A stretch of 64,000 nt of DNA, from positions 2,848,001-2,912,000 of the forward strand of contig CAWDML010000001.1 of the NCBI GenBank assembly GCA_963803435.1, read 5' to 3'. Numbering within the stretch: the first letter of the stretch is position 1; each line of letters starts with the position of its first letter. This DNA comes from an uncultured delta proteobacterium (GTDB taxonomy: Bacteria; Myxococcota; Kuafuiibacteriia; Kuafuiibacteriales; Kuafuiibacteriaceae). Shown here one piece after another: positions 1-9,933 of the stretch. The position numbers were made by a program, and so were the translations under genes. The notes beneath the pieces were generated by a model. The model ran no database searches, had not been told where the DNA came from, and worked only from the letters and a program-made list of their open reading frames with translations.

Positions 1-13
1 CGAAGGGCTCCTC

Positions 14-1549
14 TTGGCGCCGAATGCCGCGGCCTCGGCGGCGCCCTTGGACGGGCCCTGGATCCTGGCCGCCACGATCCTCGGATCCAGCATGGCCTTC
101 ATCGACAGCACCGTGGTCAACGTGGCGCTCCCGGCGCTGCAGGCCGACTTCTCGGCGACGGTCCTCGACGCACAGTGGGTCGTCGAGTCGTATGCGCTGC
201 CGCTGGCCGCGCTGCTCCTGGTGGGCGGATCGCTCGGCGATCGCTACGGGCGCCGCCTGATCTATGCGCTCGGCATCGCCGTCTTCGCCCTCGCCTCGGC
301 GTGGTGCACGCTGGCGCCGAGCGTCGGCCAGCTCATCCTGGCGCGCGCGATCCAGGGCGCCGGGGCGGCGCTGCTCGTCCCCGGCAGCCTTGCGATCATC
401 AGCGCTTCGTTCGGGGACGAGGCGCGCGGTCGAGCGATCGGCACGTGGTCCGCCTTCACCTCGATCACCGCGGCGGTGGGACCGGTGATCGGCGGCTGGC
501 TCGTCGAGAATATCTCGTGGCGCGCTGCGTTCTGCATCAACGTCCCGATCGCCGTCGTCGTCCTGACCCTCCTCTTCTGGCGCGTGCCCGAGAGCCGGGG
601 CGCGGCGCAGCACTCCCGGCTCGACTGGCCCGGCGCCGCGCTCGTCACCCTCGGGCTGGGCGCCGCGGTCTACGGGTTGATCGAGTCCTCCCGGTTCCAC
701 TTCGCACATCCGATCGTGATCGGGTCGCTCGGCGGCGGCGTGGCGCTGCTGGCCGCCTTCGTGCTCGTGGAAGCCCGCGCCCCCGATCCGATGCTCCCCC
801 TGGGCCTGTTTCGCTCGCCCCATTTCCGCGGCGCCAACGTGCTCACGCTCCTCCTCTACGCCGCGCTGAGCGGGGCGCTCTTCTTCCTCCCGCTCGATCT
901 GATCCAGGTTCAAGGCTACTCGGCCACCGCCGCCGGCGCCGCGCTGCTCCCGTTCATCCTGCTCATGTTCTTCCTCTCCCGCTGGTCCGGCGGGCTGGTC
1001 GCACGCTACGGGCCGCGCCGGCCGCTGATCATCGGGCCCGCGATCGCCTCGGCCGGGTTCGTCCTCCTCGCCGTGCCCGACGTCGGCCGGACCTACTGGG
1101 TGACGTTCTTCCCCGCGGTCGTGGTGCTGGGTCTGGGGATGGCGGTCAGCGTCGCGCCCCTGACGACCACGGTGATGAGCGCCGTCGAACAGAACCGCGC
1201 CGGCGTCGCCTCCGGCGTCAACAACGCCGTCTCGCGCACGGCGGGGCTCCTGGCGGTGGCCGTGTTCGGGATTGTGATGCTCCAGATGTTCGACCTCAGG
1301 CTCGACGAACACCTGCGAACCGCCGACCTCACGCAGGCGGAGCGGACCGTGCTCGGACAGGAGCGACTGCGGCTGGCCGACATGCCGGTGCCGGCCACTC
1401 TCGACCGCGAGACCCGCACCGAGATTGAAGCCGCCATCGACGATGCCTTCGTCTTCGGGTTCCGCTGCCTCATGCTCGTCGCCGCGGGCCTGGCGGCGGC
1501 CGGAGCGGCGACCGCGTGGTGGATGATCCCGGACCGCTCCCCTCGATGA
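14..1549 (+). CDS. DHA2-family (EmrB/QacA) MFS efflux transporter
   Basis: Motifs IDSTVVNVALP, GGSLGDRYGRR and GPVIGGWL; about 14 hydrophobic segments. Confidence 0.93.
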   Translation: MAPNAAASAAPLDGPWILAATILGSSMAFIDSTVVNVALPALQADFSATVLDAQWVVESYALPLAALLLVGGSLGDRYGRRLIYALGIAVFALASAWCTLAPSVGQLILARAIQGAGAALLVPGSLAIISASFGDEARGRAIGTWSAFTSITAAVGPVIGGWLVENISWRAAFCINVPIAVVVLTLLFWRVPESRGAAQHSRLDWPGAALVTLGLGAAVYGLIESSRFHFAHPIVIGSLGGGVALLAAFVLVEARAPDPMLPLGLFRSPHFRGANVLTLLLYAALSGALFFLPLDLIQVQGYSATAAGAALLPFILLMFFLSRWSGGLVARYGPRRPLIIGPAIASAGFVLLAVPDVGRTYWVTFFPAVVVLGLGMAVSVAPLTTTVMSAVEQNRAGVASGVNNAVSRTAGLLAVAVFGIVMLQMFDLRLDEHLRTADLTQAERTVLGQERLRLADMPVPATLDRETRTEIEAAIDDAFVFGFRCLMLVAAGLAAAGAATAWWMIPDRSPR

Positions 1550-1591
1550 TCACACCTCACCGATATCCCGCACGGTGGTGGTAAAGCGGAC

Positions 1592-1753
1592 ATGCTCCGC
1601 ATCGCAGCTCTGACGGCGGCCGTGCTCCTGTGCGCGTGCGACCTCGGCGGCAGCGCGACCGACCGCGGCGTCACGCCCGGGCTCCCGTTCGACGTCAACG
1701 TCTCGCGCGCCGCGGCCGCACCCTTCTGCAAGGGGGCGTCACCTCGGGCCTGA
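1592..1753 (+). pseudogene. Short or truncated lipoprotein (53 aa, MLRIAALTAAVLLCAC-DLGG...)
   Basis: ATG at 1592, lipoprotein-type signal with lipobox LCAC, TGA at 1751-1753 immediately before a mobile-element remnant; not in the ORF track. Confidence 0.45.
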
Positions 1754-1769
1754 TCATGCATGTGATCGC

Positions 1770-2020
1770 CTACCTGGGCGCCGGCGTGCTGTGAGAGGAG
1801 GGGATATCGTGTTCGCTGAGGCGATCGATGATCTGCTGGAGACGTTCGGGAGAAGAAGTACCGAGGAAGGCATTGGTCTGCATGGCGGTGATCGAGATCT
1901 TCACGTACGGGGGGTGCGAGGAGATGACCACGGAGATCGGACCCCACTGGGCGTCGACGATGAAGAAGGTGTAGTGGGTGACGAAGCCGAGTCGTCGCTC
2001 CAGGTTTCGATTCCACGGTA
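1770..2020 (-). mobile_element. Degenerate remnant of an uncharacterised IS-like gene
   Basis: NLERRLGFVTHYTFFIVDAQWGPISVVISSHPPY...NAFLGTSSPERLQQIIDRLS resembles, from memory, the HYYFYxxDxDWG...HPP/FPY...NxFxxxxDPxxLQxIxDxLS blocks of a multicopy ~500-aa hypothetical family; lower GC than flanks. Confidence 0.5.
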
Positions 2021-2216
2021 GAGCGCTTCCATCTTCAGCGGCATCCAACGACGCTCGCGAATCGGCCCTACGAGCGCACGATCCGAACTCGCAACGCTCA
2101 ACTGACGACTCTCGACCTCCAGAAACCGGTAGCCATCGGTTCGCCACAACCTCTCCCCGCCCTCTCCTCTTCGCCTCCCCGGCTCTGCAAGAGGCGGGGA
2201 CCAAGCTGGCTTCACC

Positions 2217-3488
2217 ATGAAGCCCATCGGCCGCATCTTCGTCATCGGACTCATCTTCCTCTTCACCAGCGTCGCCTGGCTCATCCTGGGCGGCGTCATG
2301 AACCAGCGCTCCAGCGATCAGCGCTGGAAGCTGCAGCAGAACGTCTCCGAGCTCTGGGGTCAGCCGCAGGCACAGCGCGCGCCGGTGCTCACGTTCCGCT
2401 GGACCACGCCGCGCCAGGTGCTGCGCCAGGAGCAGGTCGGCAAGAACATCCGCACGATCCGCGAGACGGTCATCGACGCGCACGAGAAGCCTGTCGCGCC
2501 CGACTCGACGACGCTGGGCGTGAAGCTGGCCCTCGATCAGCGGCTGAAGGGGTTGATGTGGTACTCGCTCTACGACGTCGCCTTCGACGGCCGCTGGACC
2601 TACGTCCATCAGGACGACCAAGGCGGCGAGCTCGCGATCGCGTTCACCTTTCCCGACGCGACCGGCATCTACGACGACTTCCACTTCACCATCAACGGCA
2701 AGTCGATCGAGCTGTCGCCGCAGAACGGCGTGGTGCAGACGAGCATCCCGGTGGCGAAGGGCGATCAGATCGAGCTCTCCATCGGATACCTCTCCCGCGG
2801 CATGGACTCCTGGAGCTACGTCCCCTCCGACGGCGTGGCCAGCCTCGCCAACTTCGACGTCGACCTCACCACCGACTTCGACGAGATCGACTTCCCCGGA
2901 AACTCCATGTCGCCCTCGTCGAAGACCAAGATCGACGGCGGCTGGGCGCTGCGCTGGAGCTTCCGGCGCGTGATCACCGGTTACAAGATCGGCATGGTGA
3001 TGCCGACCAAGATTCAGCCGGGCGAGCTCGCCTCGGAGCTCTCCTTCTCGGCCCCGATCTCGCTCCTGTTCTTCTTCCTCATGATCTGGGTGGTCTCGAC
3101 GCTCAAGAAGATCGAGATCCACCCGATCAACTACTTCTTCCTCGGCGGCGCCTTCTTCGCCTTCCACCTGCTGTTCTCGTACTCGGTCGATCACCTCACG
3201 CTCGTCCCCGCGTTCATCCTGGCGAGCACCGTCAGCATCCTCCTGGTGGTGACCTACCTCCGGCTGGTGGTGTCGAACCGGTTCGCGTTCGTCGAGGCGG
3301 CGCTGGCGCAGCTCATCTATCTGGTCGGCTTCTCGCTGGCGCACTTCTGGGACGGGTATACCGGCCTCACGGTCACCTGCCTCTCGATCCTGACGCTCTT
3401 CCTGCTGATGCAGCTGACCGGCCGCATCCGCTGGACCGAGATGCTGACGGTGCGGCGCAACGAGGACGGTCGGATGAGCCCTTCCTGA
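2217..3488 (+). CDS. CreD-like inner membrane protein
   Basis: N-terminal TM helix, WGxPQ motif, periplasmic domain, C-terminal 6 TM with IHPINYFFLGGAFFAFHLLFSY. Confidence 0.7.
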   Translation: MKPIGRIFVIGLIFLFTSVAWLILGGVMNQRSSDQRWKLQQNVSELWGQPQAQRAPVLTFRWTTPRQVLRQEQVGKNIRTIRETVIDAHEKPVAPDSTTLGVKLALDQRLKGLMWYSLYDVAFDGRWTYVHQDDQGGELAIAFTFPDATGIYDDFHFTINGKSIELSPQNGVVQTSIPVAKGDQIELSIGYLSRGMDSWSYVPSDGVASLANFDVDLTTDFDEIDFPGNSMSPSSKTKIDGGWALRWSFRRVITGYKIGMVMPTKIQPGELASELSFSAPISLLFFFLMIWVVSTLKKIEIHPINYFFLGGAFFAFHLLFSYSVDHLTLVPAFILASTVSILLVVTYLRLVVSNRFAFVEAALAQLIYLVGFSLAHFWDGYTGLTVTCLSILTLFLLMQLTGRIRWTEMLTVRRNEDGRMSPS

Positions 3489-3519
3489 CGCTGGAGGCGA
3501 GCCGTCGTATCATCGCGCG

Positions 3520-4455
3520 GTGACGGTCTCCATCGTCCGTGACACCCGCTTCCGCGATCACGATCCCGGACCCGGCCACCCCGAGCGACCCGAGCGTCTC
3601 AAGGCGATCGACAACCTGCTCGAGAGCCCCAAGGCCAGCGACCTCGAGATGCACCGGATCGCGCCCCGCGCCGCGACGCGCGCCGAGCTCGAGCTCAACC
3701 ACGACCCCTCCTATCTCGACGCCCTCGACCGCGTCCGCGGGCGCTCCGCGCGCCTCGACCCCGACACTTCAGCCAGCGAGCGCTCGATCGAGATCGCCTA
3801 TGAAGCCGCCGGGTCGACGATCGATCTGTTCACCGCGATCGCGAAGAAGGAGGCGCCGCCGGGAATCGCGCTGGTGCGCCCGCCCGGGCATCACGCCCCT
3901 CCGGATCGCGCGATGGGCTTCTGTCTGATCAACAACATGGCGGTGGCAGCGCGATCGTTGATCGCGAATGGTCTCGCCGAACGCATCGTCATCTACGATT
4001 GGGACGTCCACCACGGGAACGGCACGCAGGATTCGTTCTATCGCGATCCTCACGTCCTCTACCTCTCGACGCACCAGTCACCGTTCTATCCCGGCACCGG
4101 GAGCAGCAAGGAGATCGGCGAAGGCAAGGGCGAAGGGACGACGCTCAACGTCCCGCTCGCGGCCGGCACCGACGACGCGAAGCTCCTCGAGGCCAACCGC
4201 GAGCTGCTCCTCGCGAAGGCGCGCGCCTTTCACCCGGACATGATCCTCATCTCGGCGGGCTTCGACCCGTACGAGCGGGATCCGCTGGGCGGCTTCCGGA
4301 TCACGATCGACGGCTTCGGGGAGCTGGCGGCCCGCTGGCGCGAGCTCGCCGATCAGGTGGCCGGCGGGCGCATCGCTGCGGTGCTGGAGGGCGGATACGA
4401 TCTCGACGGCCTGGCGCGCTCGGTGCTGGCGCTGCTCCGCCGGTGGGACACCTGA
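3520..4455 (+). CDS. Histone deacetylase / AcuC-family Zn-dependent deacetylase
   Basis: HPERPER, RPPGHH, GFC, DWDVHHGNGT, SAGFD and LEGGY motifs. Confidence 0.95.
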   Translation: MTVSIVRDTRFRDHDPGPGHPERPERLKAIDNLLESPKASDLEMHRIAPRAATRAELELNHDPSYLDALDRVRGRSARLDPDTSASERSIEIAYEAAGSTIDLFTAIAKKEAPPGIALVRPPGHHAPPDRAMGFCLINNMAVAARSLIANGLAERIVIYDWDVHHGNGTQDSFYRDPHVLYLSTHQSPFYPGTGSSKEIGEGKGEGTTLNVPLAAGTDDAKLLEANRELLLAKARAFHPDMILISAGFDPYERDPLGGFRITIDGFGELAARWRELADQVAGGRIAAVLEGGYDLDGLARSVLALLRRWDT

Positions 4456-4465
4456 GGGCGGACGG

Positions 4466-6823
4466 TCAGAAGGACTGGAGGAACGCCAGCAGAGCGGCGC
4501 GATCTGCCGGCGCCAGCGCCTGATACGCCGCCTGGCTCGCCGCCGCCTCGCCCTCGTGGCGCGCGATCGCATCCTCGATGGAGTACGAGCGTCCATCGTG
4601 CAGGTAAGGCGCAGTCTCGCTGAGCCCCCACAGCGGCGGGGTCCGGAACTGCCGCATGGACGCGTTGCCCGCGGCGATCCCGCGATAACCGGCCGGTGCG
4701 ACGTCGTGGAGCAGGAGGTCGCTGTAGAGGGGCACGGGCGTGCCGTCGGAGGCCGTCAGGGCCGGCACGTGACAACCCGCGCATCCGACGTCACCGAACA
4801 GGGCCTCACCCGCGGCCTCGAGCGCGGCGTCGACGGGCTTCCGGTGGGGCGGCGCGAGCAGATCCATGTAGAACACCAGCGCCTCCAAATCTTCGAGCGA
4901 GACCTCCGGGTCGCTCGCACCATCTTGATCGCTGAGCTTGCCGAACGTCTGGCCGGGCTCGGCCGGGACGGTCACACCCACCTCGTTGCTCATGCCGTCG
5001 CGGGCGAACTCGTGCACGGATGGGACGTCGGCCTTCCAGCCGAGCCGGCCGAGACGACCGTCGGCGGTCCGCTGCGCGACCCCGCGGATGCCGTCGCCGT
5101 CGGCGTCCTCCGGATCCTCACGCGCCAGGATCTCGGCGTCCGGGATCTGATCGATGCGCCCGACGCCGAGGACGAGCGGCGGCTGGCGGTGCTCGAACGT
5201 GTTGGCCTCGGGATCGACAGGCGCTCGCGCCGGCATCACCAGGAGCTTGTGCGCGATCGATCCCGCGCTGCACTGCGTGTAGCGGAAGGGCGTGGTCGAG
5301 GTATCGACGATCCCCTGCCGCGTGACGTTGACGCCTGCGGGGCCGGCACCGCCGATCACCGGATCGAAGTGGCAAGCGCGGCAGGAATCTCCGTTGTAGC
5401 GCGGCCCGAGCCCACCTCCGAGGCTGAAATCGCGGTCGAAGACCTCGCGACCCTTGCGGAACCTCTCCTTCTCCGCCGGGTCGAGGCTGCGCCAGGGGCC
5501 GCCGTACTCTCCGACCGACGGGATCGGCTCGTCGGGAGCGAGCAGCCCCTCGGTGCGCTGGTCTCTGCCGCCGAGCGACTCGAGGAAGCCGACCACCGAC
5601 GCGCGCTCGCTGTCGGAGAGCGCGAGGTAGCGATCGCGGGCGGCCGTGGCCTCACCACCGTGGAGCCGGATCGCCTGGTCGAGGGTGTCTGCGCGACCGT
5701 CGTGAAGGTACGGCGCCACGGCGGCCACACCCCACAGCGGCTGGGTGCGGAACTCCGAGCCGGTCGCCTCCTTCATGAAGATGCCGTCCGCCAGCTCGGC
5801 GCCCATGTCGTGCAGCAACAGATCGGAGTAGAGCGGGATCAGGCCGCGCGGTCCCAGGAGCGCCGGCACGTGGCACTTGTCGCAGCCGACGTCGCCGAAC
5901 AGCGCGCGGCCCGCCTCGGTCGCAGGCGTCTGTGCCTCGGGCCTCGGCGCGGCCAGCAGCATCGAGAACGAGACCAGGTCGAACAGATCCTGCTCCGCGA
6001 GCTCGGGATCGGGCGCGTCGTCCAGGTCCACCGTCGGCACGTCGGGCGCGGCCGCCTGGCCTCTCACGGTGGCTCCGATCTCGGGCGAGAGACCCCGCAT
6101 CGTGTGGCCCACGTTGCTGGGCACGGGAAGCTGCGCTCGGAGCGCGTCTCGAAGGGGAGCGCTGGTGATACCAAGGTGGTTGAAGAGCGGGCCGCGGATG
6201 AAGCCCTCGATCGATACGGTCTGCGACTTGCGACCGAAGCGTCCCACGAAGCCGCGATCGTAGTTCGGCCGACCGCTGATCCCATCGCCGTCGGCGTCGT
6301 CAGGATCGGCGTTCTCGAGGATCGCGTCGTCGGGGAGCTCCGCCAGCAGGCCCACGCCGAAGAAGGGGATCGCGTTTCTCAGCGCGGCGATGTTGGTGGC
6401 GGGCGCGTCCGGGACCCGTACGGCGCCGGCCGGATCGTACTGCTGCTGGATGCCGTTGACGCCGGTGGCGGTGAAGACGCCGGCCTCGTTCATGTTGCCC
6501 ACCAGCAGGAAGTTCCGGTAGCGGCCCGAGCTGCCTCCGAACACGGGCTTCTCGTGGCAGGCACCGCAGAACGTGACGTTGAAGCTGGGCCCGAGGCCCT
6601 CCTCGGGAGTGAAGCGCCGTTTCAGGACCTCCCGCCCGCGCATGAACGTGTCCAGCTGCTCGGCGCTCGCGAAGGCCACCGGCTCACCGAGCTCCGCGAA
6701 GATCCCGTCGGCGATCGACGGCGGCGCGGGGGGCGGCACCTCTTCGTCTCCGCTGCAGGCGAAGAGTCCAAGCGAGAAGAGGGGCCAGGCGAGGAGGAGG
6801 TGGGGCCGGCGAATTTTTTTCAC
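4466..6823 (-). CDS. Tandem di-heme oxidoreductase (DHOR)-family lipoprotein with 4 CXXCH
   Basis: CGACH, CDKCH, CRACH, CAGCH; duplicated GRFG/GRLG, YSDLLLHD, FRTxPLWG and YLHDGR motifs; start revised to GTG 6823 (RBS GGGAGA, lipobox LFAC). Confidence 0.88.
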   Translation of the reverse strand: MKKIRRPHLLLAWPLFSLGLFACSGDEEVPPPAPPSIADGIFAELGEPVAFASAEQLDTFMRGREVLKRRFTPEEGLGPSFNVTFCGACHEKPVFGGSSGRYRNFLLVGNMNEAGVFTATGVNGIQQQYDPAGAVRVPDAPATNIAALRNAIPFFGVGLLAELPDDAILENADPDDADGDGISGRPNYDRGFVGRFGRKSQTVSIEGFIRGPLFNHLGITSAPLRDALRAQLPVPSNVGHTMRGLSPEIGATVRGQAAAPDVPTVDLDDAPDPELAEQDLFDLVSFSMLLAAPRPEAQTPATEAGRALFGDVGCDKCHVPALLGPRGLIPLYSDLLLHDMGAELADGIFMKEATGSEFRTQPLWGVAAVAPYLHDGRADTLDQAIRLHGGEATAARDRYLALSDSERASVVGFLESLGGRDQRTEGLLAPDEPIPSVGEYGGPWRSLDPAEKERFRKGREVFDRDFSLGGGLGPRYNGDSCRACHFDPVIGGAGPAGVNVTRQGIVDTSTTPFRYTQCSAGSIAHKLLVMPARAPVDPEANTFEHRQPPLVLGVGRIDQIPDAEILAREDPEDADGDGIRGVAQRTADGRLGRLGWKADVPSVHEFARDGMSNEVGVTVPAEPGQTFGKLSDQDGASDPEVSLEDLEALVFYMDLLAPPHRKPVDAALEAAGEALFGDVGCAGCHVPALTASDGTPVPLYSDLLLHDVAPAGYRGIAAGNASMRQFRTPPLWGLSETAPYLHDGRSYSIEDAIARHEGEAAASQAAYQALAPADRAALLAFLQSF

Positions 6824-6932
6824 AGAGCGATCTCCCGAGCCAACATCCTCCGTTGAACCCACGAGGAGACCTCTGCGGCAGCACCGCGATTTGTTTGGGG
6901 CCGGCTCGAGGTCCACGAACTCGAGGTCGGGC

Positions 6933-7622
6933 TCAGGCATCGGCCAGCTCGACGCGGAGCTGGCGCTTGATCTTGCTGATGATCTGGCTGACGCGCGACT
7001 GGGTCACGCCGAGCAGGTCGCCGATCTCCTGAAGAGTGAGCTCTTCCTTGTAATACAGCGACATGATGTTCTGCTCGCGCTCGGGCAGGCGGGCCAGGGC
7101 CTCTCCCAGGAGCTCCGCGCGCTCGCGGCGGATCAGGCTCTCCTCGATGTCCTCGGCCTCCTGCCAGCAGGACTCGACCGCCATCTCGCCGAGGAGCGAC
7201 GGATCGATCGCCTGCGGAGCTGCAGGAAGCTGAGCGGCGCGGCTGAGCTGCTGGACCGTGATGTTTGCGCCCGCGGCGATCGAAGCGTCGTCCGCGGGTC
7301 GGCCGGTCTCACGCTCGATGGCCTCGCGGGTCTCGGCGACCGAGCGGACACGACGGCGCTGGCGGCGGGTCAGGTGGTCCAGACCGCGCAGCTCATCCTG
7401 CACCGCGCCCCGAACACGGATACGCGCGTACGTCTCGAAGGGGACGCCCTTGGTCGGGTCGAAGCCTTCGAACGCCTGGAGCAGCCCGAGCATCGCCGCC
7501 GCCTCGAGCGCCTCGCCCTCGACCATCGACGGCACGCGGCCCTTCACGCTTCGAACGACGCCTTTGAGCATCGGGAGGTAGGCAAGAATCTCGGAATCGG
7601 CTCGGCGCGTTGCGGTCAGCAT
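6933..7622 (-). CDS. fliA: FliA/WhiG-family (sigma28) RNA polymerase sigma factor
   Basis: FDPTKGVPFETYARIRVRGAVQDELR and LPEREQ...YYKEELTLQEIGDLLGVTQSRVSQI; start moved to ATG 7622 because a sigma54 site lies just upstream. Confidence 0.9.
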   Translation of the reverse strand: MLTATRRADSEILAYLPMLKGVVRSVKGRVPSMVEGEALEAAAMLGLLQAFEGFDPTKGVPFETYARIRVRGAVQDELRGLDHLTRRQRRRVRSVAETREAIERETGRPADDASIAAGANITVQQLSRAAQLPAAPQAIDPSLLGEMAVESCWQEAEDIEESLIRRERAELLGEALARLPEREQNIMSLYYKEELTLQEIGDLLGVTQSRVSQIISKIKRQLRVELADA

Positions 7623-7634
7623 GCGCGTCCTATG

Positions 7635-7650
7635 AGCACGGGTCGTGCCA
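7635..7650 (-). promoter_or_regulatory. sigma54 -24/-12 promoter of fliA
   Basis: Minus strand TGGCACGACCCGTGCT, near the consensus TGGCACG-N4-TTGCW; predicted +1 about 7624. Confidence 0.75.
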
Positions 7651-7690
7651 TTCAGAGACACGGGCGTCTCACACGAAAACGGCGGCGACT

Positions 7691-7795
7691 GTCAAAATCA
7701 CGACGCGCGCAGCCTCCGGACCTCGCGCGCGTCTCCAAGTGAAACGAGCCGGAATGGCCTCTCTCGGCGTCTCTCGGAGGCGTCGAAACTTTGAC
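7691..7795. promoter_or_regulatory. Two FleQ-like enhancer boxes (GTC-N8-GAC)
   Basis: GTCAAAATCACGAC (7691-7704) and GTCGAAACTTTGAC (7782-7795), about 70 and 165 bp upstream of the predicted sigma54 start. Confidence 0.5.
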
Positions 7796-7850
7796 CGCTC
7801 GCCGGGGGGTGCCAAAGGTTCGACACCTTCTTCGGGTAGACTCGGCGGGC

Positions 7851-9882
7851 TTGGCTCGGTCGCGGCCGCTCCTGCTGCTCGTCGCTCTGTGGGGATGCGG
7901 CCGGACCCCCTCGATCCAGATCCTGTTTCCCAACGGATCCGCGATGGCCGGCGCGGCGCGCCTGAGGATCGAGATCCACGATCCCGCCAGCACCGGCGCC
8001 AGCGGGTGCTCGACCTTCGCGGAGCAGCTCGCGGAGGGAAAGCCGCTGCTCGGCAACGCCTCCAAGGTCGCAGACGTTTCGCTCCCCTTCGACGACGTCG
8101 ACCTCACCGACGTTCCCGTGGGACCGCAGCTGGTCTACGCCTTCGCCTTCTCGAACCCGGCCCTCGACACGCCCGCGTTCCTGGCGGGCTGCAACAATCG
8201 CTACGACTCGAGCGCGAGGGACGAGGTCGACGTCGTCCTCCGGCATATCCCGTATCCCTCCCTCCGGATCCGCGCAGCCGGCGGCGATCGTCAGGTCGGC
8301 CTTCCGGGCGAACGACTGCCCGATCCGTTGCTCGTGCGCGCAGAGGCGGCGCCGAACGGACGGGTCATCCCGTCCCCCGGGCTCGAGGTGGTGTTCACCA
8401 CCGATCGACCGTTCTCCCTCGGCGAGGGGACCATCGAGGAGCGAACCGAGGCGGGCGTCGACGGCCTCGCCGCCGTCCAGGTGACGCTGCCGCTCGATCC
8501 TCAGGTGGGGATCGGTCCGCGCCTCCACGCCCTTGATCGAGAACCTCGAGGTCAGCTTCACCGCGAGCGCCCTCGAGGACCTCCCGCTGCGACTTCGCAC
8601 AATCGACGTCGACTTCGACGCCGCCCCGGTCGCGCTCGCCGCCGGAGACCTCGACGGAAGCGGCGTGGAGCTGATCGCGCTCGGATCCGCCGGCGGCTCG
8701 ACACGCTTGTTGGTGGCCTCCCGCCCGCTGGTGAGCCCGTCGCTGCGCCCGGTGGCGGATGAGCTCGGCGTCGCCCCAATCGGCGTGGCCGTGGTGGGCT
8801 CGCGGATCGCCCTCGCCAACGGGCACGCGGCGGCGAGCGAGCGCGCCGAGGTCCGACTCCTGGACCTCGCCGGAGACACCGTCGAGCTCGCCGCTGCGTA
8901 CACGCTCACCGCCTCCAACGCGATCGCCATGGCCGCCCTCCCGCGGACGAGCCAGATCGCGGTCGCGGCCGCCGGACGCCGCAGAAACGACCGCACCTGC
9001 ACCGGCGGGTGTGATTGCCCGCCGGACGAGTACTGCGCACCGGGAGGTGTCTGCGTCGCGAACGATGGCGTGGCGGTGGTCGTGACCATCAATCCGGGCG
9101 GGCCCCAACCCTTGACGGAGGTGGGGCGCTGCGAGCACCCCGAACCGACCTGCGGCGACAGCGACTGCTGTCTCGACAGCGTGCTCGGCGGATGCGACAT
9201 CGACGATTGCGGCTGCCGGGTACCGCATCGCTCGCGATTGGGGAGCTGGCGCGGTCCGCTCGATCCGCGCGGGCTCGCCGCGACCTCGTTCCGCGGGACC
9301 CAGGTCGGCCTCCTGATCCCCACCGCCGAGGGCCTGCACCGGCTCGAGCCCACCTCGACCGGGTTCCGCGACACGGGCGCGTTCCTGCTCACCCCCAACG
9401 CCCTCGAGATGATCGGCCAGGACTTCGACACGGGCCTCGACGGCAACAGCGACGTCCTCTGGATCGAGGACGCGGCCTGCACCCACGGGAGCTCGATCGA
9501 CGCGGCCTGTCCGGTCGCAGGTGAGGTCGCCGACGCGGCCGGCTGCCTGGGCCTGCGCCTGACCGAGCTGAGCGGGTTCGAGGTCGACCTGAATCCACCC
9601 GAGGTGGGAGCGTGCCGTCGCGTGCCGCTCTCCTTCGTCCCCGGTGCAATCTGTGTTGCGCAGCTCGACCCCGGCCTGGCGCCCGACCTGGTGCTCACGG
9701 CGCCGGCCGAGCGTCGCGTCTACGTCTTCGCGGGCGACGGCAAGGGGGGCCTTCTGCGGCCGGCGCCGTTCGACGTCGCGGGCGGGCCCCTCGTCTGCGC
9801 CGACTTCGACGGTGACGGGCTGGACGAGATCGTGGTCGCGGACGAGTCCGTCCCGGGCCGATTCCACTTTCTGTCGCGCTGA
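7851..9882 (+). CDS. Lipoprotein with Ig-like and FG-GAP/VCBS repeats and Cys-rich inserts (frameshift near 8514)
   Basis: Signal LLLLVALWGC; GGDRQVGLPG..LPDPLLVR; AGDLDGSG, GDGKGG, ADFDGDGLDEIVV; the two ORFs join as QVGI|VRASTPLIEN. Confidence 0.7.
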
Positions 9883-9933
9883 GCGGCCGATGCCCGACGC
9901 GAGGGTGGCCGAACCGGGTAGACTGCCGCCGAC

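Noticed and set aside
1770-3344. Long antisense or alternative-frame ORFs (also 4556-6856, 19256-21280, 35245-37449, 54995-57313)
   Set aside because: Shadows of real genes in high-GC DNA; only 1770-2020 carries independent signal
6824-6932. Riboswitch between fliA and the DHOR gene
   Set aside because: No recognisable c-di-GMP, cobalamin or other aptamer core
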